Shown here in pieces: positions 9,081 through 18,754 of a stretch of 32,000 nucleotides of DNA. The stretch comes from Vibrio alginolyticus NBRC 15630 = ATCC 17749 (GTDB lineage: Bacteria > Pseudomonadota > Gammaproteobacteria > Enterobacterales > Vibrionaceae), in assembly GCF_000354175.2 (NCBI RefSeq), contig NC_022349.1, positions 390,001 to 422,000 on the forward strand. The letters are read 5' to 3'. The first letter of the stretch is position 1, and each line of letters begins with the position of its first letter. The notes beneath the pieces were generated by a model. The model saw only the letters and a list, made by a program, of their open reading frames with translations, was not told where the DNA came from and made no database searches. Made by a program: the position numbers and the translations under genes.

Positions 9081-9113
9081 AGTGAAATAAAAGGCATCAG
9101 TTGATGCCTTTTT
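9081..9113 (-). terminator. Rho-independent terminator after the aldehyde dehydrogenase gene
   Basis: AAAAGGCATC-AGTT-GATGCCTTTTT. On the minus strand the stem is followed by TTTTATTT. Confidence 0.7.
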
Positions 9114-9129
9114 GAGCCATTTGGTGATT

Positions 9130-10671
<1,542 letters not shown>

Positions 10672-10683
10672 TTACTATCCTTA

Positions 10684-11685
10684 TTACTTCACTTCAAATC
10701 CGTACGCATATGGGTCTTCATCGTCTACCCATATTGTGTTGTGACCGTATACTTGTGCCCATCCTTCAATACTTGGCAAAATAGCGGCTTTGCCATTCAC
10801 TTCGGTAATGCCTTCTATACGTCCTTGAAATAGGCTGCCGATGATACTTTCGTGAATAAAGTCTTCTCCTTGATTGAGTTTGCCTCTTGCATGCCATTGC
10901 GCCATGCGTGCACTAGTACCCGTACCACATGGCGAGCGATCCAACGCTTTGTCGCCGTAAAACACAGCATTTCGAGCGGTGGCGTTTTCTTGAGTGGGCT
11001 CTCCGGTCCATAGCACGTGAGAAACACCGCATACTGTTGGATCTTCTGGATGTACGCACTCAACCGCTCGAGATACCGCTTCGCGAACTTTTGGTGAAAG
11101 CATCAAAATTTCATCTGGAGAGTAGTGTTCAAGTCCGGCATAGTTTTCTTGAGGATCGACGATTACGTAATAGTTTCCGCCATAAGCAACATCGACAGTG
11201 AGCTCACCTAAGCCCTCTATGTCCACGGTTACGTCTTGGTGGGCAAGGTAAGCTGGTACGTTAAATATCCTCACTGACGTGACCTTGTCACCTTTTGTTT
11301 GGTAGTGCACTTCGATTTGTCCTGCTGGGACATCAAGTATCAAACGGCCTTCTTTTTTGGGAGTGATAAGGCGATTCTCGATAGCGGTAGTGACGGTTCC
11401 AATGGTGCCGTGGCCACACATTGGTAAGCAGCCACTGGTTTCAATAAACAGAATTGAAGCGTCTGCGTTATCGCTGCAAGGAGGCAAGACAACTGACCCC
11501 GACATCATTGAGTGTCCGCGAGGCTCAAACATGAGTGCCTGACGAATCCAATCATAATGCTCAAGAAAGTATTGGCGCTTTTCGCTCATGGTATTGCCTT
11601 CGAGTGGAGGCACACCGCCTGCGACCAGCCTAACTGGGTTGCCGCAGGTGTGGGCATCAATACAGAAAAAAGTTCCTTGTCTCAT
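10684..11685 (-). CDS. 4-hydroxyproline 2-epimerase (proline racemase family, Cys/Cys type)
   Basis: FCIDAHTCGNPVR N-terminus. Both catalytic Cys motifs are present (LPMCGHGTIG and DRSPCGTGTSARMA). Strong SD AAGGAG. Confidence 0.9.
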   Translation of the reverse strand: MRQGTFFCIDAHTCGNPVRLVAGGVPPLEGNTMSEKRQYFLEHYDWIRQALMFEPRGHSMMSGSVVLPPCSDNADASILFIETSGCLPMCGHGTIGTVTTAIENRLITPKKEGRLILDVPAGQIEVHYQTKGDKVTSVRIFNVPAYLAHQDVTVDIEGLGELTVDVAYGGNYYVIVDPQENYAGLEHYSPDEILMLSPKVREAVSRAVECVHPEDPTVCGVSHVLWTGEPTQENATARNAVFYGDKALDRSPCGTGTSARMAQWHARGKLNQGEDFIHESIIGSLFQGRIEGITEVNGKAAILPSIEGWAQVYGHNTIWVDDEDPYAYGFEVK

Positions 11686-11750
11686 TTTTCGCTCCTTGCT
11701 GAAAAAATGGTTGAATTAAACAATAGTGATGTTAACGTAATGTAAAATAT

Positions 11751-11762
11751 ATTGTATACAAT
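11751..11762. promoter_or_regulatory. Perfect 12-bp palindrome ATTGTATACAAT in the divergent epimerase/dehydrogenase promoter region (candidate GntR operator)
   Basis: Perfect dyad of the GntR-type TnGT...ACnA class. It contains TACAAT on both strands. It lies 33 nt from ATG 11795 and 66 nt from ATG 11685. Confidence 0.6.
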
Positions 11763-11794
11763 CTACGTTTTCAAGTGTGACTCGGAGCATATTT

Positions 11795-13051
11795 ATGTTG
11801 GTCAAGGATGAAACAAAAAAGGAAAGGATCGCCGTGATAGGTGCGGGGATTATTGGCTTATCAATTGGATTGAAGTTGCAGCAGCAAGGTTATCAAGTCA
11901 CAATTTTTGATCCCAATGGCGTGGGGAATGGATGCTCTAAGGGAAATGCAGGTCATATCGCGACTGAGCAAATCTTCCCTCTTGCAACGCCAGCGCTGCT
12001 TCCACAATTACCTAAAATGCTGCTAGATCCCAAAAGTCCGGTTTCGATCCGTTGGCAAGATATTCCAAGCACTATCGGGTGGATGATTCGTTTTCTATTA
12101 CAAACAAAGCCATCAGCCGCGGAGCAGGCAAAAAACGCGATTAAAACTCTTAACGAGCGGTCAGTGGCAAGTTGGCGTGGCGTGCTTGATTCAATCGGAA
12201 AAGCGCATCTAATAAAAATGAATGGTTCATTGCTCACTTTTGAAAACGAGAAACTGTTTAAAGACTACCAAAGTACGCTTAACTCACTGGTCAAAAACGG
12301 TGTGGCGTATCAAGTTTGGACGCAAGAGGCGATTCGAAAGCGGATACCTGATCTCAGCCATAAGGTTCGTGTCGGCGTCTTTTTTCCCGATACAGGACAT
12401 ACGCTAGACCCTTATCAGATCTGTGTTGAGCTAAGTGAAGCTTTTGAAGCTCTTGGCGGTAAGATTTTACAAAAAGGTGTATCTGCGTTGGAGAAAAATG
12501 GTGATGTGTTGGTTGAGTCTCAAACACATTCATTTGACCGAATCATTGTTGCCGCTGGTGTACATTCTAAGCCTTTGATATGGCAGCTAACCGGAGTCAA
12601 AGTGCCTATTCAAGCCGAGCGTGGTTATCACCTAATGGTGGATGACAAGCGTGATGTACTGCCATTTCCTATTAGCTCTGCCGATAGAAAATTCATCATG
12701 ACTCCGATGTCTGGCGGGCTACGCTTGGCAGGCACTGTTGAGTATGCCGATGTAGAATCACCACCCAATATGAAACGTTCAGAAATGCTTTTTCAGTTAG
12801 GTGATGAGATGTTTGAATCGGAGTTAAATCCACTCAAGCAAGGAGAAAAGTGGATGGGTAATCGGCCTTCAACAGTCGACTCGTTACCGGTTATTGATAG
12901 CATTTGGGATGGAAATGTATTACTGGCATTTGGCCACCAACACCTTGGATTAACTCAAGCGGCGATTACGGCAGATCTCCTTTTAGAGCTTATCGAAGGA
13001 AAGCCGACATCGATTGATCTATCACCTTTTTCATTACAACGATTCGCCTGA
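11795..13051 (+). CDS. FAD-dependent oxidoreductase (DadA/DAO-like), likely D-hydroxyproline dehydrogenase
   Basis: The GxGxxG dinucleotide fold IAVIGAGIIGLS lies at the N-terminus. The start is placed at ATG 11795 (GGAG 8 nt upstream) rather than the track GTG at 11777. Function is inferred from context. Confidence 0.8.
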   Translation: MLVKDETKKERIAVIGAGIIGLSIGLKLQQQGYQVTIFDPNGVGNGCSKGNAGHIATEQIFPLATPALLPQLPKMLLDPKSPVSIRWQDIPSTIGWMIRFLLQTKPSAAEQAKNAIKTLNERSVASWRGVLDSIGKAHLIKMNGSLLTFENEKLFKDYQSTLNSLVKNGVAYQVWTQEAIRKRIPDLSHKVRVGVFFPDTGHTLDPYQICVELSEAFEALGGKILQKGVSALEKNGDVLVESQTHSFDRIIVAAGVHSKPLIWQLTGVKVPIQAERGYHLMVDDKRDVLPFPISSADRKFIMTPMSGGLRLAGTVEYADVESPPNMKRSEMLFQLGDEMFESELNPLKQGEKWMGNRPSTVDSLPVIDSIWDGNVLLAFGHQHLGLTQAAITADLLLELIEGKPTSIDLSPFSLQRFA

Positions 13052-13068
13052 AAAATTTAATATTAAAT

Positions 13069-13080
13069 ATTGTATAAAAT
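13069..13080. promoter_or_regulatory. Operator-like copy ATTGTATAAAAT upstream of the Pot-type binding-protein gene
   Basis: One mismatch to the palindrome. The 3' half is TAAAAT (-10-like) oriented toward the gene. It lies in an AT-rich 123-bp intergenic region. Confidence 0.45.
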
Positions 13081-13174
13081 ATATTAAATGCTAATGTTAA
13101 CTTAATTTTAACAAAAATGGTGTCCAACAGCCGTACTCGGATGCCTCCAGAAAAACAACCAAAAGGAGTAAAAC

Positions 13175-14248
13175 ATGTCACGAATGACCAAAGCACCATT
13201 GGCGCTGTTGATTTCAGGAATGCTGTTGGGGGCCTCTGCTTATGCTGAAGACAAATTGACGGTCGTATCTTGGGGTGGTGCATTCACCAAGAGCCAAGTG
13301 GAGGCATATCATAAGCCTTTCATTAAAAAAACAGGTGTTGAGATCGTATCCGAGGATTTCAGCGGCGGATTAGCTGAAATTAAAGCACAGGTGGAAGCGA
13401 ACAACGTGCGCTGGGATTTGGTTTCTCTCGACAAGCCAGACATTGTTCGTGGTTGCGCCGAAGGGTTACTAGAACCAGTGAACCCAAGTATTTTGCCTCC
13501 GGGCGCAGATGGAACACCAGCACAAGAGGATTTTATTGATGGTGCGATTCACGAGTGCGCAATCAATACCATCGTAGTGTCCACTGTATTAGCGGTGAAC
13601 GAAGACGCGTTTAAAGGTAAGGCTTTGCCAAGCAAGTTGACCGATCTTTTTGACCTAAAAACTTTTCCAGGTCGACGTGCATTGCAAAAACAACCTCAGG
13701 GCAATCTTGAGTGGGCACTATTGGCTGATGGTGTAAAGCCAGAAGAGGTCTACAGCCTGCTCGAAACCGAAGCGGGGCGTGAGCGTGCTTTTGCTAAGTT
13801 GGATACGATCAAATCAGAAGTACTGTGGTGGACAACAGGTGCCCAGCCACCTCAAATGCTTGCAGACAAAGAAGTGGTGATCGCCTCGGCGTTTAACGGC
13901 CGAATCCACAATGCCCGTAAAGATGAAGGTCAACCATTTCGGATTATATGGGACCGTCAAATGGGTTACATGAATGGATGGGCGATACCTAAAGGGAGTG
14001 AGAACACAAAGCTTGCATTGGACTTCATTGCTTTTTCTTCAGGAACAAAACCATTAGCTGATCAAGCTAAGTACGTTGCCTATGGGCCTACGCGTAAGTC
14101 GTCTTCGGCGGAGGTGAACCCAGACATTTTAGCGAACCTTCCTACCGCACCTCAAAACTTCCAAACCGCCTTCCTGATTAACGATGAATGGTGGTCAGAC
14201 TACGCGGATGAACTCAATGAAGAGTTCAATACCTGGCTGCTTAACTAG
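13175..14248 (+). CDS. ABC transporter periplasmic substrate-binding protein (PotD/PotF-like, SBP family 1)
   Basis: Signal peptide MSRMTKAPLALLISGMLLGASAYA. The KLTVVSWGGAF opening is typical of the Pot-like SBP family. SD AAGGAG. Confidence 0.85.
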   Translation: MSRMTKAPLALLISGMLLGASAYAEDKLTVVSWGGAFTKSQVEAYHKPFIKKTGVEIVSEDFSGGLAEIKAQVEANNVRWDLVSLDKPDIVRGCAEGLLEPVNPSILPPGADGTPAQEDFIDGAIHECAINTIVVSTVLAVNEDAFKGKALPSKLTDLFDLKTFPGRRALQKQPQGNLEWALLADGVKPEEVYSLLETEAGRERAFAKLDTIKSEVLWWTTGAQPPQMLADKEVVIASAFNGRIHNARKDEGQPFRIIWDRQMGYMNGWAIPKGSENTKLALDFIAFSSGTKPLADQAKYVAYGPTRKSSSAEVNPDILANLPTAPQNFQTAFLINDEWWSDYADELNEEFNTWLLN

Positions 14249-14331
14249 GCGTTAATTTGTGTATGGGGTCGAGTTTTCATCCATAAGCGAGGTTCCGTAC
14301 TTTCCTCAACTGTATTTATGTTTTCGGAGAA

Positions 14332-15309
14332 ATGATGAAAGTCATCGAAGCACAGCAAGTCGCGCAATGTTTAACAATGAAGTCTCTTATTGAAACGATG
14401 CGTGAAATGTACTCGCGGCCAGCAACAATACCTCAACGCCGAGTCATGCCCTTAGAAGAGGGAGAATACGAGGCGTTTGCGCTACTTCCAGCTTGGAACC
14501 AGGAGTTGATTGCGGTGAAAGCCTTTACGTATTTCCCGCATAACCCTGAACAAGGCAAAGATACGCTTGCATCTAAGCTGCTTATTTTTAGACGAAACGA
14601 TGGTGAGCCGCTCGCACTCGTGGACGGTAAAGTTTTAACGTTTTGGCGCACCGCCGCAGCTTCTGCGTTGGCAGCGGACTATTTGGCGCGTCCCGATGCT
14701 GATCGTCTGTTGATCTGCGGAACGGGCAATCTTGCGCCTTATTTTGCGTGGGCATACGCTGCGGTTCGCCCACTTAAGCAGGTTTATATTTGGGGGCGTA
14801 ACTCAGATAAAGCCGAGGCGACGGTAGATGCCATTGTGTCATCTTCAGAGTATCAGTCGCTTCCTGATGAGCGTCGGTTTCGCGTTTCAGTCGTAGAAAA
14901 AGTGGACCACGTTATCAAACACGTTGACATCATCAGCTGTATTACTGCATCAGCAGAGCCTTTGTTTAATGGCGCAGACGTGCAGCCGGGCACCCATATT
15001 GATTTGGTCGGTAATCATGACTTGGACAAGCGTGAATGTGACTCCGAAGCAGTGCAACGAGCACAGGTGTATGTTGATAGCCGTATTAATGTATTAGCCG
15101 AAGCGGGCGATCTTCTCATTCCAATTCAAGAGGGCGTATTCACGTCAGACGATATCAAAGGGGAATTACCGCAGCTTTGCGCCCAACAAATCTCAGGACG
15201 TCAAAACGATGAGGTCATTACTTTATACAAATCAGTTGGCAGTGCTTTGGCTGATTTGGCCGCTGTAAAGGCGGTGTTGTTAGAAAATGGCATAGATAGC
15301 CATGTCTGA
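14332..15309 (+). CDS. Ornithine cyclodeaminase/mu-crystallin family protein (candidate Delta1-pyrroline-2-carboxylate reductase)
   Basis: Family-typical length with Rossmann motif ICGTGNLAP. The start may be 14332 or 14335 (MM). The specific activity is inferred from context only. Confidence 0.8.
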   Translation: MMKVIEAQQVAQCLTMKSLIETMREMYSRPATIPQRRVMPLEEGEYEAFALLPAWNQELIAVKAFTYFPHNPEQGKDTLASKLLIFRRNDGEPLALVDGKVLTFWRTAAASALAADYLARPDADRLLICGTGNLAPYFAWAYAAVRPLKQVYIWGRNSDKAEATVDAIVSSSEYQSLPDERRFRVSVVEKVDHVIKHVDIISCITASAEPLFNGADVQPGTHIDLVGNHDLDKRECDSEAVQRAQVYVDSRINVLAEAGDLLIPIQEGVFTSDDIKGELPQLCAQQISGRQNDEVITLYKSVGSALADLAAVKAVLLENGIDSHV

Positions 15310-15331
15310 GCATTTTCGCTCGTTCATTTAA

Positions 15332-15343
15332 ATTGCATACAAT
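15332..15343. promoter_or_regulatory. Operator-like copy ATTGCATACAAT between the OCD-like and DHDPS-like genes
   Basis: One mismatch to the palindrome. TACAAT is oriented toward the ATG at 15366, 23 nt away. Confidence 0.45.
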
Positions 15344-15365
15344 ATACATATAAGGAAAGTAGTTC

Positions 15366-16280
15366 ATGAAAATTGATTGGAAAGGTGTTTATCCGGCGGT
15401 CAGTACGCAATTTCGTCAAGATCAGTCAATTGACTTAGACGCAACGCAAACCGTTATAGACAACCAGATTAAAGATGGTGTGAATGGCATTATCTGCTTG
15501 GGTACTGTCGGTGAGAACTGCGCGTTGTACCCGGAGGAGAAACGCCAGGTTTTGCAAGCGGCAAAAGAAGTCGTAAATGGCCGTGTGCCTTTGATTGCTG
15601 GTACAGCAGAGTCTATTACCACAGCAGCTGTTGATTACATGCAGGATGCGTACAAAATTGGTATCGATGGTTGTATGGTGATGCCTGCCATGGTTTACCG
15701 CACGTCTGAGAGCGAAACGTTCGAATATTACCGCACGCTAGCAGAAGCAACGCCAGAAATGCCAATCATGATTTACAACAACCCGGTTGCTTATGGTGTC
15801 GATGTAAACCTCGATATCATGGCGAAACTGGCTGAGTTTGAAAGTATTGTAGCTATCAAAGAGTCGACCACTGATACTCGTCGTATCACCGAGCTTTACA
15901 ATAAATTTGATGACCGCTTTACCGTGTTCAGTGGTGTTGATGACATCGCTCTTGAATCATTGATGCTAGGTGCGACCGGCTGGATTTCTGGTTTAACCAA
16001 CGCATTCCCAGAAGAGTCCGTTGCGATTTATAAACTGGCAAGCCAAGGTCGTTATGCTGAAGCGTTAGAGATCTACCGTTGGTTCTTACCCCTACTGCGT
16101 TTAGACACCATTCCTACGCTGGTTCAGTGCATAAAATTGGCCGAGCAAGTCTGCGGACGTGGCTCTGAACAAGTTCGTGCGCCACGCCAACTCTTACAAG
16201 GTGAAGAGCGTCAACAAGTCATTCAAATGGTTGAACATGCGTTAGAAACCCGCTTAGACCTATCCAAATACAATCTGTAA
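15366..16280 (+). CDS. DHDPS/DapA-family lyase, likely Delta1-pyrroline-4-hydroxy-2-carboxylate deaminase
   Basis: DapA-like fold markers: GTVGE, IYNNP and the Schiff-base Lys in VAIKESTTD. Function is inferred from Hyp-pathway context. Confidence 0.8.
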   Translation: MKIDWKGVYPAVSTQFRQDQSIDLDATQTVIDNQIKDGVNGIICLGTVGENCALYPEEKRQVLQAAKEVVNGRVPLIAGTAESITTAAVDYMQDAYKIGIDGCMVMPAMVYRTSESETFEYYRTLAEATPEMPIMIYNNPVAYGVDVNLDIMAKLAEFESIVAIKESTTDTRRITELYNKFDDRFTVFSGVDDIALESLMLGATGWISGLTNAFPEESVAIYKLASQGRYAEALEIYRWFLPLLRLDTIPTLVQCIKLAEQVCGRGSEQVRAPRQLLQGEERQQVIQMVEHALETRLDLSKYNL

Positions 16281-16291
16281 TTGTGCTGTTT

Positions 16292-16317
16292 AGTAGAGCG
16301 TTAACTGACGCTCTACT
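16292..16317 (+). other. Intra-operon stem-loop without a U-tract
   Basis: AGTAGAGCG-ttaactga-CGCTCTACT has a 9-bp stem and lies 12 nt after the DHDPS-like stop. No T-run follows it. Confidence 0.3.
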
Positions 16318-16353
16318 CATTCGTAATATTCAAAAAATGAGAAGAGGGAAGTC

Positions 16354-17475
16354 ATGAGCACGGAAAACAAGGACTATGTCAGCTTTCAACACGTTAAGAA
16401 AACCTACGATGGCACGAATTTGGTGGTGAAAGACTTCAACTTAGATATTACTCCTGGAGAGTTCGTTACTATGTTGGGGCCGTCAGGATCGGGCAAGACC
16501 ACTTGCTTGATGATGCTAGCAGGCTTTGAAACTGCGACCGGTGGAGACATTTATATCGATGGCGTTCCTGTCAATCATCTCGCGCCGCACAAGCGCGATA
16601 TTGGTATGGTGTTTCAAAACTATGCGTTGTTTCCACATATGACCATTGCTGAGAATCTTGCGTTTCCTTTAAAGGTGCGAAAACTCGACAGTGACACGAT
16701 TCAAAGCAAAGTTCAGAGTGTATTAGAAATGGTCGAGCTTGAGCATGTTGCGACTCGATACCCAAAGCAGTTATCAGGTGGTCAACAACAGCGTGTCGCG
16801 TTAGCGCGAGCATTAGTGTTTGAGCCTAAACTCGTTTTGATGGATGAACCACTAGGCGCGTTAGATAAGCAGCTGCGTGAGCAAATGCAGATGGAAATTA
16901 AACATTTGCATGAAAAGCTTGGTATCACCATTTTGTATGTGACGCACGATCAAGACGAAGCTCTCACTATGTCCGACCGTATTGCGGTTTTTAATCACGG
17001 CGAAGTGCAACAACTCGCGACACCAACCGAGCTTTATGAATCTCCGAGTAATACGTTTGTTGCACAGTTTATCGGAGAAAACAACCAACTCTCAGGTTTA
17101 GTCAAAGAGTGGAACGGAAAGTATTGCCAAGTGCTCGTTGGGAAAGAGTCATTTACTGCGAAACCTGTCAGAGTCTCTGAGCAAGGGCAGAGAACAACAC
17201 TTTCCATTCGACCAGAAAAGATTGTTATTCAACCAGAGAAAGCGTCTTGCGAGAACCAAGTCTCAGGCGTCCTACGAGAATTGATTTATCACGGTGATCA
17301 TTATCGTCTGGTCGTCGAAGTAGAGAGCGTTGGTCACTTCATCGTTAAAGTACCTAACGATAATCGTAAACACTTGCAGTTAACGCCTGGCTCAATTTGT
17401 CGTATTGGTTGGCAAAGTGACGATTGCCATGCTCTTGATGGGACACAAACTCAAAGTAGCGAGGTAGCAGCATGA
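16354..17475 (+). CDS. ABC transporter ATP-binding protein (PotA-like)
   Basis: Walker A GPSGSGKTT, signature LSGGQQQRVALARAL, Walker B LVLMDEPLGALD, and a C-terminal TOBE-like region. Confidence 0.9.
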   Translation: MSTENKDYVSFQHVKKTYDGTNLVVKDFNLDITPGEFVTMLGPSGSGKTTCLMMLAGFETATGGDIYIDGVPVNHLAPHKRDIGMVFQNYALFPHMTIAENLAFPLKVRKLDSDTIQSKVQSVLEMVELEHVATRYPKQLSGGQQQRVALARALVFEPKLVLMDEPLGALDKQLREQMQMEIKHLHEKLGITILYVTHDQDEALTMSDRIAVFNHGEVQQLATPTELYESPSNTFVAQFIGENNQLSGLVKEWNGKYCQVLVGKESFTAKPVRVSEQGQRTTLSIRPEKIVIQPEKASCENQVSGVLRELIYHGDHYRLVVEVESVGHFIVKVPNDNRKHLQLTPGSICRIGWQSDDCHALDGTQTQSSEVAA

Positions 17476-18752
17476 GTCGAGAGCTAACCGCATTAGATTC
17501 TGTATTGGAGATCGAACGCCAAGTTCATGAGCAAGAAACCAATCTGAAAGCGCAGTTGCAAAAGGCGGAGCGCCGAAAAAAGCTTCGCTCCATTATGCTC
17601 ACAACGCCATTGGTGTGTTTTATTCTGCTTACGTTTGCTTTTCCTATCCTCGACATGCTTTATCGAAGCGTGGATAACCGAGAAATATCCCTTTCACTAC
17701 CACAAACTATTCAAGCCTTAGAAAGTTGGGATTATCAAGGTCAGCCTCATCAAGAAGTCATTGAGGCATTCTCTGTTGAAGTACTTGCGCTTTATCAAAG
17801 CAAAGAGCTACCGAAAATAGCCAACCGGATGAATATTGAAGAGTCTGGTATGCGCAGTTTACTCATGAAAACCGGCAGAAAGTTGTCTCGGTTGACGTCG
17901 CTGCCGATCTCGGTGACACAGCTAGCTAAGCTGGATAAGCGTTGGGCTAATCCTAAATATTGGGCGGCGTTTAAGAATCTTAGTGGCGCATTCACATTCA
18001 GTCATTATCTTGCAGCGCTAGACTTGCAAGTGAATGAGTTTGGAGACATTGAGCCCCAACCAGAAAAACGCCAAATATACGTCGACCTTTTCTTTAAAAC
18101 TTTTTGGATGTCTATTTCAATCACCTTAACTTGTTTGGTGATGGCGTACCCCGTTGCTTACCTGCTTGCCAATTTACCTGATAAGCGCGCGAACTTACTT
18201 TTAATTATTGTGCTGCTGCCATTTTGGACATCATTATTAGTCAGAACCACGTCTTGGATTGTTCTGCTGCAAAACCAAGGGGTCATTAATGATCTCCTTA
18301 TTTGGTCGGGTTTTACTTCTGAGCGAATTCAGATGATTCACAATACCTTCGGAACGGTGGTGTCTATGGTGCACATTCTGTTGCCTTTTATGATCCTGCC
18401 TCTGTATAGCGTAATGAAAGGAATTAGCCCAACTTATTTCCGTGCCGCTCGTTCTCTAGGCGCGACGCCTTTCATTGCGTTCATCAAAGTTTATATGCCG
18501 CTTACGTTACCGGGGATAGGTGCGGGGGCCTTGCTCACTTTCATTCTTTCTATTGGTTTCTACATTACGCCCGCTTTGGTTGGTGGAAGAAGCGGACAGA
18601 TGATCTCCAATATGATTGCCTATCATATGCAGACATCACTGAACTGGGGGATGGCTGGCGCATTGGGTGGACTGCTTTTGTTCGTTGTACTGGTTCTGTT
18701 TTATATGTTCAACCGTGTGGTTGGCACTAACAACCTTAAGGTAGGGGGATAA
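17472..18752 (+). CDS. ABC transporter permease (PotB-like) with a ~190-aa N-terminal extension or loop
   Basis: ATGA overlap with the ATPase gene. The C-terminal ~230 aa are a typical BPD-transport permease. The N-terminus has a charged helical segment, one TM, then a long hydrophilic stretch. Confidence 0.85.
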   Translation: MSRELTALDSVLEIERQVHEQETNLKAQLQKAERRKKLRSIMLTTPLVCFILLTFAFPILDMLYRSVDNREISLSLPQTIQALESWDYQGQPHQEVIEAFSVEVLALYQSKELPKIANRMNIEESGMRSLLMKTGRKLSRLTSLPISVTQLAKLDKRWANPKYWAAFKNLSGAFTFSHYLAALDLQVNEFGDIEPQPEKRQIYVDLFFKTFWMSISITLTCLVMAYPVAYLLANLPDKRANLLLIIVLLPFWTSLLVRTTSWIVLLQNQGVINDLLIWSGFTSERIQMIHNTFGTVVSMVHILLPFMILPLYSVMKGISPTYFRAARSLGATPFIAFIKVYMPLTLPGIGAGALLTFILSIGFYITPALVGGRSGQMISNMIAYHMQTSLNWGMAGALGGLLLFVVLVLFYMFNRVVGTNNLKVGG

Positions 18753-18754
18753 CC

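Noticed and set aside
13055-13068. 14-bp perfect palindrome ATTTAATATTAAAT next to the 13069 operator copy
   Set aside because: It is pure A/T sequence in a very AT-rich spacer and does not recur at the other operator sites, so it is likely a compositional coincidence.
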